Virus record (IMG/VR): IMGVR_UViG_3300010334_000023
Span: 1 to 64,000 of that record
Length of the DNA stretch: 64,000 bases
Direction: 5' to 3' (one strand)
Part shown: positions 1 to 8,772 of the stretch, piece by piece
How positions within the stretch are numbered: the stretch's first letter is position 1
Layout: each line of letters starts with the position of its first letter
The notes under the pieces: model-generated
Seen by the model: only the letters and a program-made list of their open reading frames with translations
Databases searched by the model: none
Told to the model about the DNA's origin: nothing
Program-made: the position numbers and the translations under genes

Positions 1-232
1 CTCCAAAGTATGCCTTCATATCATTCGCCAAAACATCTTGTAATGCTTGGATAGCGATATCAGTCTGTCCTGCTGCTTGGATAGTAGGTTGAGTGACACA
101 TCTAGCACATTCCCGCACAATCAGCTCGGCAAACTTTTGTTGAATTCTTTCTCCATCTGGAATAGCATTTGGATACTGTTCCCAATCCAATTTACAAGCC
201 TGATCATGTAGTTCTTTAATTCGCTTGTTCAT
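1..232 (-). CDS. hypothetical phage protein, runs off the window start (MNKRIKELHDQA...QKFAELIVREC)
   Basis: Translated by hand from the ATG at 232, which overlaps the upstream stop; open to the window edge. Confidence 0.6.
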   Translation of the reverse strand, partial: MNKRIKELHDQACKLDWEQYPNAIPDGERIQQKFAELIVRECARCVTQPTIQAAGQTDIAIQALQDVLANDMKAYFG

Positions 233-474
233 CACTCTGCTTCCCTGATCTTCAGTCCGCATCTTGGACAAAACACGCCATGTTGCTTGTAGCTGCCATA
301 GTTACTGTGATCACAGGTCGTGGGAACCAGTCGTTGGCTGCGCTCTAACATGTCGACGATACCCTGGGCTGTGCGCAGGCTATGGTGGCTAGGTCCTCCC
401 ATGTACACGCTGGGATGATCCAGCATCCCAGCGATCTGTTGCACGATCAAGTCACGTTCTTCTGCCTGCATCAC
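232..474 (-). CDS. hypothetical protein with C-terminal CxH...H..CPRC metal-binding-like motif
   Basis: ORF track; overlaps the RNA ligase stop codon. Confidence 0.6.
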   Translation of the reverse strand: MMQAEERDLIVQQIAGMLDHPSVYMGGPSHHSLRTAQGIVDMLERSQRLVPTTCDHSNYGSYKQHGVFCPRCGLKIREAE

Positions 475-1730
475 AGGTCTCCGTCAAACTGATAGCTCCA
501 ACGAGCACCGTCCCAGAGATCGCGCACACTGTCGATCTTGGTCTGGCTGCCAGTGTTCTTCTTGATAGCTTCCAGCAACATGGTACGGCTGTCCTTGCCA
601 TCAAACTTGCCAAACACAAACTGAGGAGCAAAGGGATCGTTTTCCTTGATGGTTGGCATCCAGTTCAGAGCATAGGTCTTGCGATCCAATCCGCTGCCCT
701 GTACCATTCCCCAATAGGCATCATACTTGCGCACGTTGGCGGCCACTCCGATCCAGAAGTCCGTCTCAAACTCTTCAACACGCCGGCGATCGTCGTCCAG
801 CATGAAGGCCTTGATGTCGTCCAGCTTGTCGTTGACCAGCATGTCTACCACGTTCTTCTCGTGGGTCAGCATGTCCTTGGCCTTGTGTATGCGCACGTAC
901 CAGTCGCCCTTGACCTTGACCATGTGGCCGTCAGCAAAGCGCATGATCCAACCCTCGATGCCTTCAGCAGCGCGAGTCTTTGCGATCAGATGCTGCATGC
1001 TTTCAACAGTGCCAGGATAAGCACGCACCACGTCCAAGGCATTGCCCTCAGCTTGTGCACGCATGTCAGCATAGCTCATGTAGGTACCTTCTACCGTGCG
1101 GCGCACAGCGATCAGCACCAGTCGATCGATCACGTAGTCTATCACGATGCGCTGCTTGCGGCTGCACCACTCAAAGATTGGCGTCCAACCCTGATCCAGC
1201 ATGCGAGCTGCCCAGCGTGCTATGTCAGGGCGAGTGGCAATGAATTCCTCGGCCTGCATGCTGACCTCGGTTATGCCCATCTTGGTGCCCCAGCGCAGGC
1301 CAGCAGCAGTCACCACGGGAGTGATCATGCTGCCGTCCAGCTTTTCCAGGATCACGTGAGGCTTGCTGAGATCGATCAGGGTGTGCTGCGTCTCATCACG
1401 CTCGTTCACGTTGAAGAACTTGTGCAGCCGGCGCGCCATGATGGTGCCGTCTGGGTGGAACAGCAGGCCGCGGCATTCGCGGCGCACAGCAGCCAAGTTG
1501 ATGAAGGGTGGGCAACGCTGAGACCCACAGCCCAGAGCCTGATCATAGGGCAGCTTGCAGCCTGGGCACCACCATTGGTCATCGGCTACCTCAGGAAAGG
1601 TGTCAGACATGCTGACCATGTAGTTGACCACATAGCCCCAGTCGCGCTCTGCGATGATGAACTCGTCGCGGCCCTCGATGGCTGCGAGGACGTCGTCCAA
1701 GTGGCGTATCTCGGGGAATTCGTACTGCAT
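471..1730 (-). CDS. rnlA: T4 Rnl1-like RNA ligase
   Basis: ECRGL, KFFN, EKLDGS (motif I), FEW, EGWI, KVKGDWY motifs; upstream RBS and promoter. Confidence 0.9.
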   Translation of the reverse strand: MQYEFPEIRHLDDVLAAIEGRDEFIIAERDWGYVVNYMVSMSDTFPEVADDQWWCPGCKLPYDQALGCGSQRCPPFINLAAVRRECRGLLFHPDGTIMARRLHKFFNVNERDETQHTLIDLSKPHVILEKLDGSMITPVVTAAGLRWGTKMGITEVSMQAEEFIATRPDIARWAARMLDQGWTPIFEWCSRKQRIVIDYVIDRLVLIAVRRTVEGTYMSYADMRAQAEGNALDVVRAYPGTVESMQHLIAKTRAAEGIEGWIMRFADGHMVKVKGDWYVRIHKAKDMLTHEKNVVDMLVNDKLDDIKAFMLDDDRRRVEEFETDFWIGVAANVRKYDAYWGMVQGSGLDRKTYALNWMPTIKENDPFAPQFVFGKFDGKDSRTMLLEAIKKNTGSQTKIDSVRDLWDGARWSYQFDGDL

Positions 1731-1750
1731 GATCAGCTCCTGTTACTGCT

Positions 1751-1781
1751 TATACTAGCATGGATGCGCAGGCTGTCAACC
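1751..1781 (-). promoter_or_regulatory. sigma70-type early promoter (GGTTGACA...TGCTAGTAT)
   Basis: Motif recurs upstream of at least 8 minus-strand genes. Confidence 0.75.
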
Positions 1782-1795
1782 GATTTTGCAGGCAG

Positions 1796-2065
1796 CTATT
1801 GTGCGAGAATCTTGAGCACAGCTGGATGGATTTGTGCTACGACGCGCAGGGCATTGCTTTGATCTTGCAGCTGGTCGATGACGTACTGCAGCTGAGACAG
1901 GCTAGCATTGGTGCTGACCTCGCGCATGTAGGCTGCGTTAGCAGAGGTGATAGGCTGGTGGAAAGCAGCAAGCACGCGCACAGCAACTGGTTGGTTGAGA
2001 GTGGGCGTTTTGCGCACGAAGGCTTTGACATACAGAGTGGAGATGCGGGGTGCGGTGTGGCGCAT
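1796..2065 (-). CDS. hypothetical protein
   Basis: AAGGAG RBS and promoter upstream. Confidence 0.7.
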   Translation of the reverse strand: MRHTAPRISTLYVKAFVRKTPTLNQPVAVRVLAAFHQPITSANAAYMREVSTNASLSQLQYVIDQLQDQSNALRVVAQIHPAVLKILAQ

Positions 2066-2093
2066 GTGCTGGCTCCTTGCTGGCTGTTAAAAC

Positions 2094-2125
2094 GTACAAT
2101 AGCACGTATGTCCAAGATGTCAACC
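2094..2125 (-). promoter_or_regulatory. sigma70-type early promoter (GGTTGACA...GTGCTATTGT)
   Basis: Same repeated motif. Confidence 0.75.
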
Positions 2126-2794
2126 GAGATTATATGCCTGAGCAAGCTCTGCTAAATCTTTGATCTTGCTGTCTCTTTGGCAAAGATTTAAGTAGGTTTT
2201 GCGGTCTGTGCTCCACTCACTGCCCGTCCACCACTCAAATCCTGGCAGATGAGCCTTGTATGCGCTGCTCTGCTCGTAGCCGCTGCCTATGTACAGATGT
2301 GCCAAGCCCCGGGTCTTGGACAGGGCTATCTCATGATCGATCATGATCCTGCCCAGGTTGATGTCGCAGTCTGTGTAGGCGTTGTATTGCGCCTCCAACC
2401 CGCCGTGATAGGCATGCAGCTTGGTAAAGCCCACTGCTCCCCCCGCAGCATCACGGGCCACCAACCATATAGCAGCATGGTCCAGATGCCCAGGATCATA
2501 GTGGGCAGAAAAGCCCTTGCGTTCTAGGTAATCGCACCATATGGCCTTAAGCTCGTGTTTGTAATCCGTACCCAGTTCAAAGGAATATCCCGGTGTTGCC
2601 AAGGGCCAATCGTAAGCATCACAACACAGTCGAGTGCTGCGGCTCTGATACCATCTGCCTTGGTGCTGTAACCAACCCAGTGCCAGTGCTGTTGATTGCT
2701 CCTGTGCCTCACACTCCAGCTCGGCCCTGTAGCAGCAGAGATCAAGATGTTCCTGAGAACCGTGGTAGTGACTGTAGGTGACGCGCATGGACAC
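2120..2794 (-). CDS. arginyl/leucyl-tRNA-protein transferase-like (ATE1/Bpt family)
   Basis: LALGW..., LG...IDHEI, HLYIGSGYEQSSAYK resemble the Bpt/ATE C-terminal YLYLG...MxYK signature. Confidence 0.65.
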   Translation of the reverse strand: MSMRVTYSHYHGSQEHLDLCCYRAELECEAQEQSTALALGWLQHQGRWYQSRSTRLCCDAYDWPLATPGYSFELGTDYKHELKAIWCDYLERKGFSAHYDPGHLDHAAIWLVARDAAGGAVGFTKLHAYHGGLEAQYNAYTDCDINLGRIMIDHEIALSKTRGLAHLYIGSGYEQSSAYKAHLPGFEWWTGSEWSTDRKTYLNLCQRDSKIKDLAELAQAYNLG

Positions 2795-2800
2795 AGCATA

Positions 2801-3298
2801 ATGTTAGACCTCGATACAGCCAAGAAACATGTCAGCACATGGATAGATACCGTGCTTACAGAACCCCAAGCTGAGCTCAACGGTATCAGCAGATGTCCTT
2901 TCGCAGCCACAGCGCTGGCCAAGGATCGAGTGGCCTGGGCACTGGGCTCAGACGTAGCATCTGACGTTGAGGCTGCCATAAACACCTGGCAGGACCACTC
3001 GGATATTGCTGTGATAGTTTATGATCCCAGCATTGACCCAGCGGCGTTTGCCACAGCTGTGGAATCTGCGAACCATCACATCTGCAAAGCCAGAAGCTTC
3101 GTCGCACTGGAGGATCATCCGGCGGTACCAGAACACGTGGCAGGACTGAGCATGAACCAAGGTCAGTATGCGTTGGTACTGCTAATGCCAGCTGCCAAGC
3201 TGCATCGTGCAAGCCAGATGTTGCGAGCCAGAGGCTATTATGACAACTGGAGCACAGAGGACATGGACGCTGTGGTTAATTGGAGATGGACATGCTGA
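2801..3298 (+). CDS. DUF1415-like protein
   Basis: WI...LNGISRCPFA motif and DHP; likely start is the ATG at 2801. Confidence 0.55.
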   Translation: MLDLDTAKKHVSTWIDTVLTEPQAELNGISRCPFAATALAKDRVAWALGSDVASDVEAAINTWQDHSDIAVIVYDPSIDPAAFATAVESANHHICKARSFVALEDHPAVPEHVAGLSMNQGQYALVLLMPAAKLHRASQMLRARGYYDNWSTEDMDAVVNWRWTC

Positions 3299-4428
3299 GC
3301 TCGCATCAACCCTGGGACACCCTGCGTGCATGCGCAGTTGGCATCAGCTATCCACCCGAATGGTACAGCTACATCGCCAACAGCCGTGTGCGCAAGGTCA
3401 TGGAGCGCATTGCTGTCGAGACCGAGGAAGACTACCAAAAGCTGATAGCCAAGCTCAGAGAGTTCAACGTTGATGTGGTGCGTCCTGTGCTGCCTCACAG
3501 CATGGAAGAGAGATTCCTGTCCATGGGCAGATACGCCATACCGCCCATGGTCCCCAGAGATCACATGGCCATGATCGGCAATAGGTTCTTCGCAGGACGC
3601 CAGGCTCAGACCAAGACCTATCTGGGTGCGCCCAGCGACTACATGAACATAGTCAACTACGTGGCTGAGCGAGGTAATAACATAGTCTGGGACAATCGTA
3701 TCAATGGCGCCATGGTCACTCGCATAGGCAGCGATATCTACATTGGCACCAACAACAGGCATCAATTCAGGTATACATATCTCGAGACTTGGCATCTAGA
3801 TCGAGAACCAACTTGGCCTGAGAAAGCACCACACGAATGGCACGAGCTCACAGTTGGGCAGCAGGAACAGTTCGTACACAACTATACTCGCAGGATCACT
3901 GACCTGTTCTCAGACTATCGCACTCACATAGTTGACACGCAGGGCCACACAGACGGGTCGTTCTCTCCGGTCTGCCCCGGGCTGATCGTGAGCTTGGTAG
4001 ATGTGCAGAACTATGCAGAGACCTTTCCTGGTTGGGAAGTGATATATCTACCAGAACAGAGCTGGAATGCCATAACTGATTTCACCAAACTCAAGCGCAA
4101 GAACAACGGAAAATGGTGGGTGCCGGGCGAGGAGCTCAATGACGACTTCACAGAGTTCGTTGAACTTTGGTTGAACCAGTGGGTTGGCTACGTGGAAGAA
4201 ACAGTGTTTGACGTGAACATGCTGGTCATAGATCGCAAGAACGTGCTGTGTAACAACTACAACAAAGCAGTGTTTGATGCTCTAGAGCGTCACGGCATGA
4301 CTCCTCACATCATCAACTTCCGACATCGCTATTTCTGGGACGGTGGCCTACACTGCATAACCAGCGACCTCGATCGCATCGGCGAACGACAGGACTGGTT
4401 CCCTGAAAGGTCGCAGAAGGCTATGTAG
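3280..4428 (+). CDS. amidinotransferase (glycine/inosamine-phosphate amidinotransferase family)
   Basis: W..L...VG, ETEED, PRD, GHTDG, FDVN.L, GGLHCIT catalytic Cys motif. Confidence 0.85.
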   Translation: MEMDMLSSHQPWDTLRACAVGISYPPEWYSYIANSRVRKVMERIAVETEEDYQKLIAKLREFNVDVVRPVLPHSMEERFLSMGRYAIPPMVPRDHMAMIGNRFFAGRQAQTKTYLGAPSDYMNIVNYVAERGNNIVWDNRINGAMVTRIGSDIYIGTNNRHQFRYTYLETWHLDREPTWPEKAPHEWHELTVGQQEQFVHNYTRRITDLFSDYRTHIVDTQGHTDGSFSPVCPGLIVSLVDVQNYAETFPGWEVIYLPEQSWNAITDFTKLKRKNNGKWWVPGEELNDDFTEFVELWLNQWVGYVEETVFDVNMLVIDRKNVLCNNYNKAVFDALERHGMTPHIINFRHRYFWDGGLHCITSDLDRIGERQDWFPERSQKAM

Positions 4429-4438
4429 CAGATTGCTG

Positions 4439-4903
4439 CTAAACCAACAGCGGATTTGCCTTGAACTGTGCATAGATTTCCTCGTAGGTCTTATCAAATA
4501 TGGAAATCTTGAGCAGTATACGTTCTTCTGGCCCATTGGTCACGCTGTGGCGTCGTTGCGTGTTAAGCAATGCTGACCGGTATAGATAATCTATGCCTTC
4601 AATGGTGATTGGCGCAGCATTTTCACTGATTATGAAATTCACTGAGCATTCCGTGCCATTGTCAGTGTGCTCTTTCAGACTGGCAAATGGCTTTAACCAA
4701 TAGAATCTTGGCCTGGCATTGATTCCCAGATCTGCGATGATCTTTTCGATATACTCGCTGGTATGCTTTTTTATCAACCAATCAGGCGTGCCCAATCCGG
4801 GTCTCGGATCAACATACACAGATGCTGATGATTTAATCTCAGCCGCTTGCTGCAGTAGTATTTCCTTGTCTACTGTGTATTTCAGATGCAGAATTGGTTC
4901 CAT
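4439..4903 (-). CDS. 2OG-Fe(II) oxygenase / Asp-Asn beta-hydroxylase-like cupin
   Basis: HxD (EHTD)...LLNT..HSV.N..R pattern. Confidence 0.65.
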   Translation of the reverse strand: MEPILHLKYTVDKEILLQQAAEIKSSASVYVDPRPGLGTPDWLIKKHTSEYIEKIIADLGINARPRFYWLKPFASLKEHTDNGTECSVNFIISENAAPITIEGIDYLYRSALLNTQRRHSVTNGPEERILLKISIFDKTYEEIYAQFKANPLLV

Positions 4904-4959
4904 GGTATTGATCCTTAGACTCTAAGCAATGATCCTATAATATCATATACGCGATCATT

Positions 4960-5976
4960 TCACAAGAATTCATCCAGTAGATGATCCACATCTTCGTGCT
5001 TGACCAGATTCCGTTTGAACTGCTGCCAAGCTGCGGGCCAATTATAGCGAGCCTGTGCTATCTCAGCACAGACGTTGCGATCCAAGGTCAGCGCAGATTG
5101 TATCGCAGCGCCGATGTCTCGGTCCATGGCTCCAGTCTGGGGCAATATCACGTCTACGGGACCCTGCACTGGATAGGCTGCCACCGGTGTGCCCAGCACT
5201 TGGCTCTCTATCATCACCAATCCAAACGTGTCAGATTGGCTGGTGAACACCATGCAGTCAGCCTTGGAATATTCGTTGGCCAGATCCGCGCCGCGCAGCA
5301 TGCCTAGGAACTGCACACCTGGGTAGCGAGATCTCAGTGCTGGCAGATGTGGGCCATCGCCTACCATGACTAGTTCATAGACAGTGCTGTCCAGCTCACA
5401 GAAAGCTTCTAGGTTCTTTTCCTTGCTGATGCGTCCAACGCTGAGCAACCTTGGTTTGTCATTGAATGTGTGGCTAACGTAGGGCGTTAGGTTGCTGAGA
5501 TCCACACCTCTGCCAAACAGCACTACTTCGGCCTTGATGCTCTGTGCGATCAGCTCGGCTCTGATGCTGGGTGTTGGTACCATGACCTTACCATGCTGAT
5601 GGAACCAGCGCAGGAATCTCCAAGTCACTGTCTCTGGTATGTGGAACAGTCGGTTGAAATACTGTGCCCACTGCGTGTGATAGGCCGTGGTCAGCGCCAA
5701 GCGTCGAAAGCTGATGCGTGCCATCAGTCCCAGTGGACCTTCTGTGGCAATATGCAGGTGATCAGGTGCGAAACTGCGCACCATCTTGCGCACGCCCCAG
5801 GGCCAACACAGCTGCACCTCTGGATACCCAGGAGCTGGCCGATTTGGAAACAGTCCCGGATGTATGACCAAGACTTCCCAGCCATCAGCCTTGGCCTCGC
5901 GCACCAGATTGGTCAGCGTGGTCACCACGCCGTTGATCTGAGGTCGCCATGCGTCTGTGACTATGCAGAGCTTCAA
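4960..5976 (-). CDS. agt: GT4 glycosyltransferase, Agt-like diacylglycerol glycosyl/glucuronosyltransferase
   Basis: TDAW.PQ.NGVV.TL, HIATEGPLG, YHT, GRGVD, VGR.SKEKN, DTFGLVMIES motifs; next to plcP. Confidence 0.75.
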   Translation of the reverse strand: MKLCIVTDAWRPQINGVVTTLTNLVREAKADGWEVLVIHPGLFPNRPAPGYPEVQLCWPWGVRKMVRSFAPDHLHIATEGPLGLMARISFRRLALTTAYHTQWAQYFNRLFHIPETVTWRFLRWFHQHGKVMVPTPSIRAELIAQSIKAEVVLFGRGVDLSNLTPYVSHTFNDKPRLLSVGRISKEKNLEAFCELDSTVYELVMVGDGPHLPALRSRYPGVQFLGMLRGADLANEYSKADCMVFTSQSDTFGLVMIESQVLGTPVAAYPVQGPVDVILPQTGAMDRDIGAAIQSALTLDRNVCAEIAQARYNWPAAWQQFKRNLVKHEDVDHLLDEFL

Positions 5977-6146
5977 CGCAGCCTCTCGCAGCTGCCCGTG
6001 ATCTTGAATCGATCAAACTTCAGCTGATAGGTCATGCTGTTCAGTGCTGTCCTGCAGGCTTCTTCCGTGCGGAATTCCAAGCGTATGCGCCCTGGCACGT
6101 CACTGGGGTCACTCACGTGTATCGCCAACAGAACCAGGACCCACAT
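5973..6146 (-). CDS. 57-aa protein with hydrophobic N-terminus and two Cys (MWVLVLLAIHVSDP...)
   Basis: Translated by hand; fills the gap between plcP and agt, overlapping both. Confidence 0.6.
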   Translation of the reverse strand: MWVLVLLAIHVSDPSDVPGRIRLEFRTEEACRTALNSMTYQLKFDRFKITGSCERLR

Positions 6147-6879
6147 CCCGTTCTCCCCATCGCACTATCTCCCAGCGTCCATCCTCATGCTCAACCAATG
6201 CGGTGCAGCTTTCCACCCAGTCTCCGCAGTTCATGTAGGCAATACCATCCACGTCTCGGATGTTGGCATGATGTATGTGCCCACAGATGATGCCATCGCA
6301 GCCATGTGTGCGAGCGTAGCCGCTGAGATTCTCTTCGTAGTCCCCTATGAAGTTCACAGCCTGCTTGACCTTGTACTTGGCCCAAGCTGACAGGCTCCAA
6401 GGTCTCAGTCCCAGCATGCGCCTTGAGCCACTTACTACCACGTTGAGGCCTATGAGCGCATCATAGGCCCAGCTGCCAAGATGTGCTAGCCACTTGGCAT
6501 GCTTGATCACCACGTCGAACTGATCACCATGCATGACCTTGTAGCGCTTGCCATTGGCACCTCTGTACACGCAGGTATCAACCAAGCGTATGTTGCCAAA
6601 GTCGTGATCGCCAAAGCTGCGCAGGAACTCGTCGTGGTTGCCAGGCAGATATGTGACGTTAGTGCCCTTGCGTGCCTGCCTCAGTATCTTCTGTATGACG
6701 TCGTTGTGCACCTGCGGCCACATGAAGCTCTTGCTCATGGCCCATCCGTCAATGATGTCACCCACTAGAAACAGGTTGTCAGTCTCGAATGTCTTGAAGA
6801 AATCTAACAGCGCAGCAGCGTTGCTCATCTTGGTGCCCAGGTGAACGTCACTGATCCAGACGCTCCTGTACTCCATCAT
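6109..6879 (-). CDS. plcP: PlcP-type phospholipase C (LpxH-like metallophosphoesterase)
   Basis: ISDVHLG, GDIIDGW, W.Q.HNDVIQK.LR.ARKG, GNHDE, HGDQFD, WS.SAWAK..VK.AVNFI, CGHIH, GDWVESCTA. Confidence 0.8.
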   Translation of the reverse strand: MMEYRSVWISDVHLGTKMSNAAALLDFFKTFETDNLFLVGDIIDGWAMSKSFMWPQVHNDVIQKILRQARKGTNVTYLPGNHDEFLRSFGDHDFGNIRLVDTCVYRGANGKRYKVMHGDQFDVVIKHAKWLAHLGSWAYDALIGLNVVVSGSRRMLGLRPWSLSAWAKYKVKQAVNFIGDYEENLSGYARTHGCDGIICGHIHHANIRDVDGIAYMNCGDWVESCTALVEHEDGRWEIVRWGERDVGPGSVGDTRE

Positions 6880-7904
6880 AGGTTAAACAGAGCCTTCACT
6901 GTGTCTAAGCCGTTCAACACTTTCTGTCGATCTGCTTCAGCACGGGCCTTGGCTTCTGCGGTCTCGGCCTTGTCACGCTTCTTGGCATTGACGTCTGTCA
7001 TGGCTTTCTGTTCGTAGCGATCCACGAACTTGGCCAAGAAGTCATGCGCATCTGCAAACCCAGCCAGGTCTTTCTTGCCGTACATGTGGTTAAGCTCAAA
7101 GCTGCGTGCCAAGCCTTTCACTGCGTTGACCAGCTTGGCGATCTTGACGTCACTGGGATCGTTGCCACGGAAACGGTTCAGCAAGGTATCCAGCTTGGCA
7201 GTGCTGGGCTCTCGTCCAGTGATCTGCTCATACTCGTTGACAAAGATGTCGTAGATAAAACTTTCTGGATCAGTGCTGATGGTCTTGATCACCGTGTTCT
7301 TCTGCTTGCTGAACGGCACATGCACATCATCCACGGTCTTGAGCTGCACGCCCGCATGCTGTATGCTCATATCCAACAGCTCGCCCAGCACGCTGAACAT
7401 GTTACCAGTGAGCAGGCCTTTGACCCCGCGCTCTGGTGTCACTCTGGCAGCACCCCAGGCCCTTAGCTGAGGTGGGTGCCACATGAAGTCCACCTGCACG
7501 TACTGATCGGGTCCTATCTGGAATATGGGATGGCCTGGCTTGCTCTCGCCCGTGTGTATGTAATCCGGCTGAGTGCTTTTCACGAACTGATCAGCCAGCT
7601 GGTTCCAGTGGTTGGTGTATTGACCGTAGCTGGCACCCATCACATCTGGCGCTATCATCTGCAGATCGATGTCACCGTAGATCTTGTCTGGATGCTCTTT
7701 GCTATCTATCTCATGATAGGTGCCAGATCCAGTGGGCCGACCCAGCTCTACCTGACCTTGATTCATAGCACTGAGCCAGCGATTGAAGTCTCGCACAAAC
7801 TGCTGCACCTTGGCCAGCGTGATCTTGACAGTGGCTGGTTTGATCACCGTGCCCTGTGTTACTGTGGTGTCCCAGCCACCTTCGAGGAGTTCTGTTATGC
7901 GCAT
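6876..7904 (-). CDS. putative pol-beta-type nucleotidyltransferase
   Basis: TGSG...YGDIDL and VQVD motifs; TAAATA upstream; MRITELLE N-terminus. Confidence 0.55.
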   Translation of the reverse strand: MRITELLEGGWDTTVTQGTVIKPATVKITLAKVQQFVRDFNRWLSAMNQGQVELGRPTGSGTYHEIDSKEHPDKIYGDIDLQMIAPDVMGASYGQYTNHWNQLADQFVKSTQPDYIHTGESKPGHPIFQIGPDQYVQVDFMWHPPQLRAWGAARVTPERGVKGLLTGNMFSVLGELLDMSIQHAGVQLKTVDDVHVPFSKQKNTVIKTISTDPESFIYDIFVNEYEQITGREPSTAKLDTLLNRFRGNDPSDVKIAKLVNAVKGLARSFELNHMYGKKDLAGFADAHDFLAKFVDRYEQKAMTDVNAKKRDKAETAEAKARAEADRQKVLNGLDTVKALFNL

Positions 7905-7911
7905 GAGCTAT

Positions 7912-8256
7912 TTACACACTGCCCCACTTGAGCAGATCAAACATCGTGGTGTATTCCCAGTGATCAAAGGATGGCGCAAACTCACGGCCCGGCCCAGCAT
8001 GATGGTCTATCACGCGCCTTCGCAGTATGCGCTTCAGCCACACGATCTTGCCCAGCTTGATCGGACAGTCTGTGCTGAACGGTGCTTGATCATGCCAATA
8101 CAACATCTGCACTGGTCGCCACGCAAACCATGATTCCCATCGCTGGCGTTCTGGCCTGATATAGAATCTATGACCGTAGAGGTTATCTAAATCGTAGCGA
8201 CTGTAGCAACTTGTCATGCAGCAGCATAGTGCAGACATGGCTAGGGCAGCAATCAA
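7912..8256 (-). CDS. hypothetical protein (true start probably downstream of the hairpin)
   Basis: ORF with W..WFAWRPV motif. Confidence 0.55.
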   Translation of the reverse strand: MIAALAMSALCCCMTSCYSRYDLDNLYGHRFYIRPERQRWESWFAWRPVQMLYWHDQAPFSTDCPIKLGKIVWLKRILRRRVIDHHAGPGREFAPSFDHWEYTTMFDLLKWGSV

Positions 8257-8273
8257 TCTGGTTGCTGCCCTAG
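8241..8273. terminator. 12-bp hairpin, probable terminator
   Basis: CTAGGGCAGCAA / TTGCTGCCCTAG inverted repeat just after the 8292 stop. Confidence 0.65.
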
Positions 8274-8291
8274 AATGTTATTAGCCTGCGA

Positions 8292-8633
8292 TTAGATCGC
8301 TTCGCGCATGCCCGCACGCTCTTCCATCTTTTGGATGCGTTCGGAAGTCTTGATCATGGTCTCGAGGTTCTTGGCGCGGATGGCAGCAATGTCCTTGACC
8401 TCAGCCACGGTCTCTGCCTGCGCTACAGCCTTGCCCTCTGCTTTGACAGCTGCCTTGCCTTCGATGAAAGCCAGCGCAGCTTCCTTGGACATGGCCTGCG
8501 GCAGCGCCTGCAGCTGGATGTCCGTATGTCCATTGCGTGCGAGGACCTTGACGCGATCCATAGAAGTAGCAAAGCGAGCCTTGGTCTCGCCGTTGAGAGT
8601 GCTGTAACCAGCGACCGTGAAAAGCTTTTCCAT
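8292..8633 (-). CDS. hypothetical early protein (MEKLFTVAGYS...K.RFA...VKVL..NGHTDI.L..LP..MSK)
   Basis: CAGGAG RBS, own promoter and terminator. Confidence 0.8.
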   Translation of the reverse strand: MEKLFTVAGYSTLNGETKARFATSMDRVKVLARNGHTDIQLQALPQAMSKEAALAFIEGKAAVKAEGKAVAQAETVAEVKDIAAIRAKNLETMIKTSERIQKMEERAGMREAI

Positions 8634-8680
8634 GTGTAACTCCTGTGTGTGTTGCGTTGTGTGTGTTTGCTTCAACATGT

Positions 8681-8712
8681 GTACAATAGCACGGTTATAC
8701 AGCACGTCAACC
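8681..8712 (-). promoter_or_regulatory. sigma70-type early promoter (GGTTGACG...GTGCTATTGT)
   Basis: Repeated motif. Confidence 0.75.
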
Positions 8713-8772
8713 ACTTTTTTCCAGTTTTTTCACCAAAGATCTCAGTAATTTAGCCCTAGCTGAACTGCGTTC

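Noticed and set aside
861-1862. Long plus-strand ORFs (also 23250-24269, 24525-25286, 26976-27860)
   Set aside because: Antisense shadows of well-supported minus-strand genes, with no motifs
6109-6879. LpxH lipid A biosynthesis annotation
   Set aside because: GNHD motif, overall pattern and linkage to an Agt-like GT4 fit PlcP better
8644-8668. TG/CA-rich microsatellite-like tract
   Set aside because: Short and imperfect; best explained as an unstructured 5' leader between promoter and RBS
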